Of a stretch of 64,000 bases of DNA, positions 28,071-37,933 are shown in pieces. Position numbers and translations under genes: made by a program. The notes under the pieces were generated by a model. That model was given only the letters and a program-made list of their open reading frames with translations. It did no database searches and had not been told where the DNA came from. The DNA comes from Longimicrobiales bacterium (GTDB lineage: Bacteria; Gemmatimonadota; Gemmatimonadetes; Longimicrobiales; Gaopeijiaceae). The stretch covers positions 40,253 to 104,252 of the forward strand of contig CBDCKN010000005.1 in the NCBI GenBank assembly GCA_965218295.1, read 5' to 3'. Position 1 is the stretch's first letter. Each line of letters starts with the position of its first letter.

Positions 28071-30698
28071 CCGGACATCCGGGCGGCTCGGAACAGCATG
28101 TCGGCGGACTGAAGGAGCTTTCCCCGCAGCCGCGGCGGGTAGTCGGGACCCAGTCCTTCCAGGAAGGCCCGGACGATGAGAGCCGCCTCGGCCGAGCTGT
28201 GCCCGCCCAAGGTGGAGTCGAGCCACCCTTTCGGGAAGAAGATATCTCCTGTGCGCTGGATCTCTTCAAGGAGAGCCAGACTCGGCAGAATGAACCGTCG
28301 GGAGTGGGCGGAACGGAGCGGGTGATGCAAGGCCGCGAGACCTGACCGCACCCACGGCTCGCGCTCGCGGTTCGCCGGGTCGCTGAGCTGTGCGAAAAAG
28401 GCCTCGCGCACGGCCGGATCGCTGGACAGAGCCGGTCGGATGAAGGCGAAGCGATCCCTTCGGTCGGGGTTTGTGATGCGCTCGGCCTGGCGAGTGAGGA
28501 TCTCCTCGACATCGGGCACGTCGCGCACTGCAAGTGCCTCGGCGAGGCTCGTGAAGTCCCGCTCCGACAACGTAACGCCCGGAACCTCCATGGCTTCGTC
28601 CCAGATGCGCCTCAAGCGCTCGACCCCATCATCGGAGATCACAATGCGTCTCCAGGCCCCGAAATAGGCCGCTCCCAGTGTGGGCGCCGAGGCGGATTCG
28701 ATGCCCGCCCATAGCACGCCCTCCAGGTTCGGAGCCAGCTCCCGTCGTTCCCCCTCGCTTGTGAGCCGCCAGAAAGCCGTGCCCACGTATCCCAGGATGC
28801 GTTGAACGTTCTGCTCCACGGACTCCGTCCTGAGACCCCTGAGGAGAAGGTCCATCCATGCGGTGGGCTTGACCTCTCCCTCCAGGACGGCATCCCACAG
28901 GGTCACCCACCCGATTCCTCTGATGAGGGGATCCTCCACCTCGGGGAGGTTCTCCATGAGATACCGCAGGCTGAGCGAGTCCAGATGGAAGTGCCCATAC
29001 TCCACCCCCGCGGCGTTGGGGAGCACGAAGTTCGGGCGTGGACAACCGATCCAGTCGTCCAGTGGGGCCGCGGAGCCCGAGAGATCGACGGGGACCCGAA
29101 AGGTCTCGTCATCGTAGGCCAGGAGCACCTCGAGTTGCTGAGGCCAGATGCGATCTCGCTCGTGAGGGTCTTCCTGGAAGACCATGAGCAGGTCCATCCC
29201 GCCCTCGCCGTTGTCCAGGATCTGCGTGATGATCACGGGGCGCCCGGGCTCCTCCACCCACATCTGACTCCACACCGCCAGGTCCGCCTCGGAGCGGCGA
29301 TCCAGAATGGCGATGAGCTCGGGCCATGTCGCGTTTCCGTAGCTGAACGCGCTCAGGTACTCGCGCATGCCGTCACGAAATGGCTCTTCCCCGAGGAGCA
29401 ACTCGAGCTGGCGCATGACGATGGGAGCCTTCTGGTAGATGATTGCCCCGTAAAGGCTACTGGCCCCCTTCAGGTTCTCCAGGGGCTGGCGGATGGAGTT
29501 GGCGCCGTCGGTGCGATCGACGCCGTAGGCCGTGTTGTGATGGGCCAGGAAGAAGCGGAGGTCGTGATCGATCTCCGGGAACGACGGATAGACGATCTTC
29601 GCCGCCATGAAGTTGGCGAACACCTCCTTCGTCCAGACGTCGTCGAACCAGTTCATGGTGACCAGATCACCGAACCACATGTGAGCGGTCTCATGGGCGA
29701 TGAGGCTGGCCCGGCCCAGGTGCTGGGACTGCCTAGCGGACTCGTCCAGCATCAGGCTGGACTGGCGGTACTGGACTGGCGGTACTGGACTGGCGGTAGA
29801 AGATGCCGCCCGGGTGCTCCATGCCCCCGTATTGGAAAGGCGGGATGAGTACGAAGTCGAACTTCCCGAAGGGGTACGGGATGTCCGTGTACTCCTCCAG
29901 CCACTCCAGCGCCACCTCGTGGAGGTCGAAGATCGCCTCACGATTCCGCGCCACCTTCTCGTCGTCCGTCTCCCTGTGGAACATCCTCATCGTGCGACCG
30001 GCACGCTCGGCCGTCTCGATACGGAAGTCGCCCACCGCGAAGGCGAAGAGGTACGTGGGGATGGGCTCGGTCTCCGCGAAACGGTAGGTCGCTCCCCCCT
30101 CCCCTCCCGTCGCCTCGTCCCTTGCAGTCTCTTCCCCGTTGGCCACGGCCACCCACCCCTCCGGGACGTCGAGCGAGAGGGTGAACCGGCCCTTCAGGTT
30201 CGGCTGATCGAAGAGCGGCAACGAGAAATGAGCCCGATCGGGTACGAAGAGCGTGTACAGGAAGGCGTTGTTGCGGTTGAGGGCCTCGTCCCCGGCCGCG
30301 AAGTCGACTTCGATCTGGTTGCGTGAACCCGCGTCGAGAGCCCTGGCGGGTACCACCACGTGATCGTTGACGGCTTCCCAATCCACCGGGACCCCATTTG
30401 CCCGAACGGCTGCCACCCGCTCGAGTGGGTCACTGAAGTCGAGGATCACGTCGGTACGCTCGGCGTCTGACCATGCGAAGTCGACGGTCACGGACCCCTC
30501 AAGGGCCGACTCGCGCTCCCGCGGAACTCGGAGTCGGTAGTCGTAGCGGACGTCCTCGAGGGTCGCCGAACGGAGCTCCGCCAGCTCCCACGAGATCCCC
30601 TCCTCCGTGAAGAGCGGGGAGCGGGCGTCGGAGCAGCCGCAGAGGGTCAGGGCCACCGATCCGGTTACCAAGAGAGAGGGGCGAGCGTGGCGTATCAT
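28067..30698 (-). pseudogene. pepN: M1 family aminopeptidase N (lipoprotein), frameshifted by a tandem repeat
   Basis: Lipobox-like LCGC; GGMEHPG in one frame; HETAH-X18-E and IIYQKA in another; break at the 14-bp repeat. Confidence 0.88.
29757..29798. repeat. 3 x 14-bp perfect tandem repeat CTGGACTGGCGGTA
   Basis: Read directly: 29757-70, 29771-84, 29785-98. Confidence 0.97.
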
Positions 30699-30881
30699 TG
30701 GCGAGACGACCCTGGAGAGTCTTGGACGAGGAGTCAACTTGGCGGGGATGCGGCGACCCTGAAAGGGGTGCTCGAGGCCCTCCCCCACGAGAAGAGGCCC
30801 TCCCGGGAGCTCCTCCCGGGCCTGCTCGAGGTCTCCCGTGGGGGCGTCCCACTTCTGGATCAGCCCCGTTACATTCCCGAG

Positions 30882-31451
30882 ATGACCGAGTCCGCACCCG
30901 CGCTGCAGGGCTACTGCGCCGCCGAGGGCCATCCGTTCCACGGACCCTATCACGACGAGGAGTACGGTTTCCCCGTCACCGACGACAACCTCCTCTTCGA
31001 GCGACTCGTCCTGGAGATGAACCAAGCCGGGCTTTCGTGGCTGACGATCCTGAAGAAGAAGGAGACCTTCCGGCAGGCGTACGACGGATTCGACTTAGCC
31101 CAAGTCGCCTCCTACGGGGATGCCGACCGGACCCGGCTCCTGGCCGACCCCGGGATCATCCGCAATCGTCTCAAGGTCGACGCCGCCATCCATAACGCCG
31201 GACGTATCCTCGAGATCTGTGAGTCGCACGCCTCATTCGCCCGGTGGTTGGAGAGCCACCATCCCCGATCGAAGGCCGATTGGGTCCGCCTGTTCAAGAA
31301 GTCCTTCCGCTTCACCGGCGGCGAGATCACTGGCGAGTTCCTGACGAGCATCGGCTACCTGCCGGGTGCCCACGACCCCAACTGTCCCGTCTACGCCCGG
31401 ATCCTCCACCTCGATCCACCATGGGCGCGGGCCGACGACGGAGCCCCTTGA
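30882..31451 (+). CDS. tag: DNA-3-methyladenine glycosylase I
   Basis: YHDEEYG, LEMNQAGLSWLTILKK, GIIRNRLK, HDPNC. Confidence 0.92.
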   Translation: MTESAPALQGYCAAEGHPFHGPYHDEEYGFPVTDDNLLFERLVLEMNQAGLSWLTILKKKETFRQAYDGFDLAQVASYGDADRTRLLADPGIIRNRLKVDAAIHNAGRILEICESHASFARWLESHHPRSKADWVRLFKKSFRFTGGEITGEFLTSIGYLPGAHDPNCPVYARILHLDPPWARADDGAP

Positions 31452-32506
31452 GCACGGATCGGCCCACGCAGGAGACCTGGATCGCCACGCCGTTTCACTC
31501 ACCGTGGTGGCTCCCCGGCGCCCATGCCCAGACCCTTATAGGGAAGCTGCTCCGTTCAAAGCCCCAGCTCGGTGTGACGGCCGAGCGGATCGACACCCCG
31601 GACGGCGACTTCCTGGATCTGGCCTGGATGCCCGAGACCGATCCTGGGGCGCCTGTGGTCCTCGTGCTTCATGGCCTCGAGGGACACACGCGTAGGGGGT
31701 ACGTCATCCAGATGTTCGTGGCCCTGGCCGATCGGGGCATGCGGGCCGTGGGTCTCAACTTCCGGGGCTGCTCCGGAGAGATAAACCGAGCCCCCCAGTT
31801 CTACCACTCCGGGGAGACGGAGGATGTGGCCCTGGTGGTCCGGCTCCTCCGGGACCGGTTCCCCGGCCGACCGCTCATGGCGGTGGGTTTTTCCCTAGGA
31901 GGAAATGTCCTTCTCAAGTTCCTCGGAGAGCAGACCGACCGCGGCAGTCTTCCCATCTCGGCCGCCGTCGCGATCTCCGTTCCCTACGACCTCTCGGCAG
32001 GTGCCACGGCTCTCGCGCAGGGCGTCATGGCTCGCTTCTATACACGCTACTTCGTCCGCTCTCTCATGAGAAAGGTGCGTGCAAAAAGGGCGTTGCTGGA
32101 GAACCTGATCGACTTGAGCACCGTGAGTGACAGGGCGACAATGCGAGCATTCGACGACGCGGTGACCGCCCCCCTCCACGGCTTCTCCGGAGCCGAGGAC
32201 TACTATGAGCTATGCAGCTCGAGGTGGTTCGTTTCCAGGATTCAGACCCCGACCCTCCTCCTTCACTCCCTCAACGACCCGTTTCTCCCCTCCTCGGCGA
32301 TCCCCCGGGCGATCATCGCAGCCAACCCGCACCTGACGCTCGTGGTCACCGATAAAGGTGGGCACGTCGGGTTTGTCGAGGGGGCTGTGCCGTGGAGTCC
32401 ATCTTTCTGGGCTGAGCGAGAGGCCGCCGGCTTTCTCCGTCACCAGTACCGGGTGCAAGCCATCGCCCGGGGTCGAGGTCATGATCTCCCCACTTGGATA
32501 GCTTGA
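31448..32506 (+). CDS. YheT-like alpha/beta hydrolase
   Basis: HAQT, DGDFLDL, HGLEG, GFSLGG, GGHVGF; TTG overlaps tag stop. Confidence 0.9.
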   Translation: MSTDRPTQETWIATPFHSPWWLPGAHAQTLIGKLLRSKPQLGVTAERIDTPDGDFLDLAWMPETDPGAPVVLVLHGLEGHTRRGYVIQMFVALADRGMRAVGLNFRGCSGEINRAPQFYHSGETEDVALVVRLLRDRFPGRPLMAVGFSLGGNVLLKFLGEQTDRGSLPISAAVAISVPYDLSAGATALAQGVMARFYTRYFVRSLMRKVRAKRALLENLIDLSTVSDRATMRAFDDAVTAPLHGFSGAEDYYELCSSRWFVSRIQTPTLLLHSLNDPFLPSSAIPRAIIAANPHLTLVVTDKGGHVGFVEGAVPWSPSFWAEREAAGFLRHQYRVQAIARGRGHDLPTWIA

Positions 32507-32531
32507 CCAACACGTCGAAACCCGGTAGAGT
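32503..32531 (+). promoter_or_regulatory. sigma70-like promoter for cold-shock gene
   Basis: TTGACC-17 nt-TAGAGT, about 75-nt leader, GAGAGGGAG RBS before ATG 32611. Confidence 0.6.
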
Positions 32532-32610
32532 GGCGCCGTTCTAGTAGTTAGGACAAAAGGAGCGCTCGTAAGGTGCGTCGCCCGATGAACGATTGAGAGG
32601 GAGTTGGTGC

Positions 32611-32817
32611 ATGGCCCAGGGGACCGTTAAGTAGTTCAACGACAGTAAGGGGTTCGGATTCATAACCCCGGACGAGGGTGATCGCGATTGTTTCGTACAC
32701 TACTCCGTGATCCAGGGGGAAGGCTTCAAGAGCCTCTCCGAGGGTGACCGCGTAGAATTCGAGATGGGAGAGGGTCCCAAGGGTCCCGCCGCCGAGAACG
32801 TGACGAGGATCACTTAG
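32611..32817 (+). pseudogene. cold-shock protein (CspA family) with in-frame TAG at codon 8
   Basis: [70 protein letters not shown]1/RNP2 intact. Confidence 0.93.
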
Positions 32818-32824
32818 CCACCCT

Positions 32825-33328
32825 CTAATCGAGGTCCCGGAAGAAGACCCTCCGGTGCCAGCTCTCGTGGGCCGGTCGCTCCCAGCGGCCCGCTCGCTCT
32901 TCGGTCAGACGCTTGACCGTGTTGTCGAACACCACGATCTCGGGGCCGACCGCGCCCTCTTCGACCAGTCGCCTGAACTCCGGCCGCGATGATCGCCGGA
33001 CCTCATCTTCGTGCCGGAACCAGACGGGCGAGCTGTCGACGATGGGGACGCCCAGAACCCTCTCCTGGTCCTTGAGAACGCCGACCATGGCGTCGATGGA
33101 GCACCCCGAAGGGGGCACGGACGCCTCGTCTACCGCCACGAGCAGGAATCGGCCATGGCGCCAGTCCCGGCTACACCGGAGTGGCATGCCGTGCGCCGCC
33201 CAAGTGTCGAGAAACCGGTCCACGGCGCCCAGGAAGGACTCCTCTTCGGCCGCATCGAGCTCTCGGCCCACACCGAAGACCCAGAGGCGTGACTCGTCCG
33301 GGAGCGTCTCGAACGGAACCCTGGGCAT
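32825..33328 (-). CDS. conserved hypothetical protein (WxAHG / SGCSID motifs)
   Basis: MPRVPFETLPDESRLWVF; ATG overlaps upstream stop (TGATG). Confidence 0.8.
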   Translation of the reverse strand: MPRVPFETLPDESRLWVFGVGRELDAAEEESFLGAVDRFLDTWAAHGMPLRCSRDWRHGRFLLVAVDEASVPPSGCSIDAMVGVLKDQERVLGVPIVDSSPVWFRHEDEVRRSSRPEFRRLVEEGAVGPEIVVFDNTVKRLTEERAGRWERPAHESWHRRVFFRDLD

Positions 33329-34443
33329 CAGGCTGCTCCCATTTCGCCCGGACTCGCCGGGCTGTCGGGACTCGGGGGAGCGAGCGGAGGGATGGCTGCG
33401 AAGGCCTGGGGTGGCGACTTGTCGAGGAGGATCGCTATCCAACGGAGATCTTCCGTGTTCTCCAACATGATCTTCACCACCATGGTGAGAGGAACGGCCA
33501 GAAGCGCCCCAACGGGTCCCCACAACCAGGCCCAGAACAACAGCGAGAGGATCACCACAAGGGTGGAGAGACCCAACCGCCGGCCCATGAGGTTCGGTTC
33601 GATGATGTTCCCGAACACCGTGTTGATCACCCCGTAGGCGATGGACACCGCAAGGAAGTGCCCCAGGGATCCGAACTGGAGGAGACTCAGCACGAGAGCA
33701 GGGATGGCGGCCAGGATCGATCCCACGGTGGGGATGTAGTTCATCACGAATCCGATGAGGCCCAGCAGGACGGGAAAATCCAGCCCAAGGAGCCGAGCCA
33801 GCAGGCCGATGAGTAGGCCCGTGGCGAGGCTCACGACCGTCTTGATCCCGAGGTACTCCTGAACTTCCCGGATCACCTTGGTCATGCGGCGCCCGTCACC
33901 GGCCTGCGGCCCCAGGATCGCCCTGAACTTGAACGGGAATACCGTCGCCTCGGCGAGGATGAACGCCATGACCAGCAGGACCAGGAAGGTGTTCCCCAGG
34001 AACCCGACTACCCGTGCCGCCGTCTGACCGAAGAGGCCGATGGCGGCGCCGGGGTCGATGAGGCTCAACGTGAGATACTGGTCCAAGGGGATGCCGAATC
34101 GAGCGCTCAGTCCATCCACCCACGACGCGTAAAGGATGCGCAGGCGCTCCTGATAGCCCGGAAGCTGCGTCTGGAACTCCGCCACGGACTGGGTGCCAAG
34201 CAGGATGATTCCCCCGAGGAGCGCGCCGATGACCAGCATCGTCAGCAGAACCGCCAGCGGCGCTGGGACGCGACGGAGTTGGAGCCAGAACATGATGGGC
34301 ATGCTCATGACCGCAAGGAACAGCGCCAGGGCGAAGGGGAGCAGCATGGTGGCCCCCAGCCTCAGTCCGGCCACGACGACGACGAAGCACGCTCCCATCA
34401 AGAGGAAGCGTGCTCCCGGGGTGTCGGTTCGCTCGAAGATCAT
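33328..34443 (-). CDS. AI-2E family transporter
   Basis: multi-TM, NYIPTVGS, GNIIEPNLMG, LLAVPLT. Confidence 0.92.
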   Translation of the reverse strand: MIFERTDTPGARFLLMGACFVVVVAGLRLGATMLLPFALALFLAVMSMPIMFWLQLRRVPAPLAVLLTMLVIGALLGGIILLGTQSVAEFQTQLPGYQERLRILYASWVDGLSARFGIPLDQYLTLSLIDPGAAIGLFGQTAARVVGFLGNTFLVLLVMAFILAEATVFPFKFRAILGPQAGDGRRMTKVIREVQEYLGIKTVVSLATGLLIGLLARLLGLDFPVLLGLIGFVMNYIPTVGSILAAIPALVLSLLQFGSLGHFLAVSIAYGVINTVFGNIIEPNLMGRRLGLSTLVVILSLLFWAWLWGPVGALLAVPLTMVVKIMLENTEDLRWIAILLDKSPPQAFAAIPPLAPPSPDSPASPGEMGAA

Positions 34444-34490
34444 CTAAGGTTTCGCGTCAGAAAGCGTGGGCGATCGTGCCAGTCCGTCCT

Positions 34491-34530
34491 CCGGCCACCG
34501 CTATACTGATCCGGCCACCGCTATACTGAT
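34491..34530. repeat. 2 x 20-bp perfect tandem duplication CCGGCCACCGCTATACTGAT
   Basis: Read directly; each unit contains TATACT. Confidence 0.95.
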
Positions 34531-34570
34531 AAAGATCGCAATAGGGCGCGCGCCGTCCAAGGACTTGCTG

Positions 34571-34942
34571 ATGGCTGAACACCGTTCGGATGCCCTGGTT
34601 CCGATTCCCGAGTCGGACGACGAGCTCCTCGACCAGTGCCGGGTCGACACGTTCAGGTCCGGGGGCAAGGGCGGGCAGCACCAGAACGTGACGGACAGCG
34701 GCGTGCGCCTCACCCACATACCGAGCGGCACGGTCGCGACCAGCCGGAGCCTCCGAAGCCAGCATGGGAACAAGAAGGCCGCACTGCGAGCACTTCGCAG
34801 AAAGTTGGCGGCCTCGCAAAGACGTCCGAAGCGTCGTATACCCACACGAGTCCCTCGAAGCGCCCACGAGCGCCGCCTCCAGGCCAAGCGACAGCGCTCT
34901 GCCCGAAAGTCGCTTCGAAGGAAGCCGCTGGACGAGACCTAG
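34571..34942 (+). CDS. peptide chain release factor-like protein (ArfB-type)
   Basis: SGGKGGQHQN (GGQ) plus basic tail KRRIPTRVP...RRLQAKRQRSARK. Confidence 0.85.
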   Translation: MAEHRSDALVPIPESDDELLDQCRVDTFRSGGKGGQHQNVTDSGVRLTHIPSGTVATSRSLRSQHGNKKAALRALRRKLAASQRRPKRRIPTRVPRSAHERRLQAKRQRSARKSLRRKPLDET

Positions 34943-35024
34943 GGCACCGGCATATCATGGACAGTGAGCTCGGCTCCCGTCGGCGATTCCGCTCACCCGA
35001 CTGCATCCGCAAATAGAGGGGCTC

Positions 35025-36125
35025 TTGAACCGAGAGACCATCCGCGCGCTCCTGGTCGACGACGACCAAGGCGACTTTGCCGTGACGCGCGCCATGCTGG
35101 AGCAGATTCAACAGCCCAAGATCGAGTTGGACTGGGTGGCGACGTTCGAGGAAGGCCGCGACGCTCTGATCCAGGACGATTACGACGTCTACATCGTGGA
35201 CTACTTCCTGGAGGACCGCACGGGCCTGGACCTCTTGAGGGAAGCCGGGCGACGCCAGCTCCAGGCTCCTGTCATCATGCTTACGGGACGCGGCAGCCAC
35301 GCCGTGGACATGGAGGCCATGCACTCCGGAGCGGCGGACTACCTAGTGAAGGGAGAGATCGGCCCGGCGGAACTGGAGCGGTCCATCCGGTACGCTCTCG
35401 ATCGTCTAGAGACGCTGAAGGCCCTCCGGGAGAGCGAAGAGCGCCATCGCGGCATGTTCGATCACCTACCCATCGGAGTGTTTCGGTGCACGCCCGAAGG
35501 CCGCTTCCTCGATGCGAACCCGGCGCTGGTGCGGATTCTCGGCTATCCGGATCCGGCTACTCTGGAGAAAACCTACTCCGCCACTTTCTACGTGAATCCG
35601 GCCGACCAGGAGCACTTCAAGTCCAGGCTAGACCAGTTCGGCATGGTCCGAGGCTTCGAGACGCAGCTCCGTTGCGTTGACGGTCGCCAGATCCGGCTGC
35701 GCAATACGGCCCGGATCCAGCGTGGACCGGACGGAGAGGTAGTTTACGTCGAGGGAACGGTCGAGGACGTTTCCAACGCGTGGCGGGCTGGAGGGTTCTA
35801 CGAGGACGCGGCCCGCTTCCAGACCATCTTCGAGCACGGCGGAATCGGCATGCTCCTGGTGGATCTCTCCGGTGTGATCCTGGACGTGAACGGGGCCTTC
35901 TGCCGGGTGTCCGGATACGAGAAGGACGAGCTTCTCGAGACGGAGTATGCCGCGCTCTGGGAGGCCGACGACCAGTCCAAGGCCCGCGCCTCCGTGGAGG
36001 CACTGGCTGCCGGCGCAGCCGCGCCGCGCGATGAGGCCCAAACCCTGAGGGACAAAGAGGGAGGTTCCAGGCAGGGTCGTGTGTTCGCCTCACTCATCCG
36101 GGACTGGAACGACGAGCCGGACCAC
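35025..36125 (+). pseudogene. REC-PAS-PAS signalling protein, 3' end lost
   Basis: LLVDDD, IVDYFL, MLTG, DYLVK; two PAS domains; after DWNDEPDH the frame reads into the antisense of the next gene until 36407. Confidence 0.7.
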
Positions 36126-36731
36126 TCGGGCAGCGTTGGACCCGACGGCCGCTCGCATGCAGAAGGTAGCCAGCTCGTCGGGGTCGGATACGGCGTCCGG
36201 CGCACCGCCGCTCATCGCCCAATCGCGGACCTGAGCAGCGTCATCCTCGGCCTCCAGCCCCTCCGCCGCTGCATTCAGGAAATCCCGATGGGTCACCGTT
36301 CGTGCCATCTCCAGGATCTGGTCTCTGGCCAGATCCGCGGGCCCCCCGGCCTTGGCGGCCTTCAAGTACTCCTGAAGATGAACCAGGGCCATGGCGGTGT
36401 GGCGTGACGCCAGGTCGAGCCAGGTCAGCGTGCAAAGCGTACGCACCGCCTCGGGGTAGATCCGGATGATCTTCTTGGCCATCCCGCGGGCTGGCTCGCG
36501 GTGTCCGTCTTCAAGCATGGCATCGATGGCCTGCCCGTAGTACTGCAATGCCCGAGACCGGTCTCCGCCCTTGAGGCACAAGTCTCCGGCCCGGTTGAGC
36601 GAGGTTCCCTTGAAGCCCAGGGGAGCGCGTGCCGCCTCCGCTTCGAGATCGGCCAACAGCTTTTCCCGCTCGTCGGAGCGCGCACGGGAAGTGGCCGATT
36701 CGTTACGAAACCACTGTGAAAAGAGTCTCAT
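36090..36731 (-). CDS. TPR-like hypothetical protein, probably C-terminally truncated
   Basis: helical LNRAGDL...ALQYYGQAID; tail reads into the antisense of the REC-PAS gene. Confidence 0.65.
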   Translation of the reverse strand: MRLFSQWFRNESATSRARSDEREKLLADLEAEAARAPLGFKGTSLNRAGDLCLKGGDRSRALQYYGQAIDAMLEDGHREPARGMAKKIIRIYPEAVRTLCTLTWLDLASRHTAMALVHLQEYLKAAKAGGPADLARDQILEMARTVTHRDFLNAAAEGLEAEDDAAQVRDWAMSGGAPDAVSDPDELATFCMRAAVGSNAARVVRLVVPVPDE

Positions 36732-36811
36732 CTGGACCGCGTCTGGGGTCTCTGCCTTCGCCCTACTCTAATTCCTTAGCTGCTCCGTGTCTCACGTAAG
36801 TTGGCAGAGAG

Positions 36812-37933
36812 GGCATCAGCAGGGCCGCCGGATACAAGTGGTGGACACGGTTCCTCGCGGAGGGATTCGAGGGACCTCCACGACCGCTCTCACCGGCCCC
36901 ACCACTGCCCGCATGCCGTAGCGGAAGGTGTCGTGGAACACGTCGTGGATCTGCGTCAGCGCTACGGGTGGGGATCACGCAAGATCCGTAAACTCACAGC
37001 TGAGAAGTTCGGCGAGGCACCAGCTCGCAGGACGATCGACCGTATCTTCGAGCGTCACGACCTGATCACGAAGAAGCGCCGACGCTCCGGTAAGCCGGGC
37101 CATCCCGGTAAGCCACTCACCCCCATGGACGAGCCCAATGCGGTCTGGACGGTCGACTTCAAAGGCCAGTTCAAGATGCTCAACGGCCGCTACTGCTATC
37201 CCCTTACCATCCAGGACGGTTTCAGCCGATTCCTGCTCGAGTGCAGAGGGCTGTACTCCACGTCGATCGAGCTCGCCAAGCCCGTATTCATCAAGGTCTT
37301 CCGTGAGTTCGGCGTTCCCGCCGTCATCCGCTCCGACAACGGCACGCCCTTCGCTTCCATCGGCCTCGCTCGGCTCACACGCCTCAGCGCTTGGTGGATC
37401 CGGCTCGGCATCCGTCCTGAGACCATCGAGCCTGGTAAGCCGCAGCAGAATGGCCGTCACGAACGCATGCACCGAACCCTCAAGCGCGAAGCCACTCGGC
37501 CGCCGAAGGCCAACCTCCGTGCCCAGCAGCGTCACTTCAACCACTTCCGCCGCACCTTCAATTCCATCCGGCCGCATGAGGCGCTCGACGATGCGACGCC
37601 CGATTCAGTCTACCGATCGGCTCTTAGAGCCTACCCCGATGTCCTTCCGCCTATCGAATACCCCGAGCACTTCGAGGTCCGTAAGGTCTCTACGAACGGA
37701 GGCATCCGCTGGCACTCGCGTTGGATCAACATCAGCTCGGCGCTCGGCAACGAGTTCATCGGGCTCGAACCCATCGGTCCCGCTCTGTGGCAAATCTACT
37801 TCGGACCCATTACCCTCGGGTGGTTTGACGAAGAACTCTTCGTCATTTTCGACACCCACGGCAACACAGGACGTAACCCAATCTGTTAACCATCAGCTGG
37901 CACCATTGTGTCAACCATCAGGTGCGCTGTTCA
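36812..37933 (+). mobile_element. IS481-family element remnant (5'-truncated, frameshifted transposase)
   Basis: DDE core WTVDFKG / IRSDNG / NGRHERMHRTLK; HTH piece GISRAAGYKWW in another frame (shift near 36875); subterminal repeats TGTYAACCATCAG at 37884 and 37909. Confidence 0.88.

Noticed and set aside
30790..30830. SRP (4.5S) RNA-like CAGGCCCGGGAGGAGC on the minus strand
   Set aside because: Lacks the full GGAAGCAGC/GGGAGCAGC helix-8 motif and its pairing
32632..32634. Genome-wide TAG reassignment
   Set aside because: TAG is the normal stop of many genes here (fabH, nuoM, nuoF, dcd and the csp itself)
29757..34530. Short repeats as a CRISPR array
   Set aside because: Units are contiguous with no spacers, only 2-3 copies, and no cas genes are present
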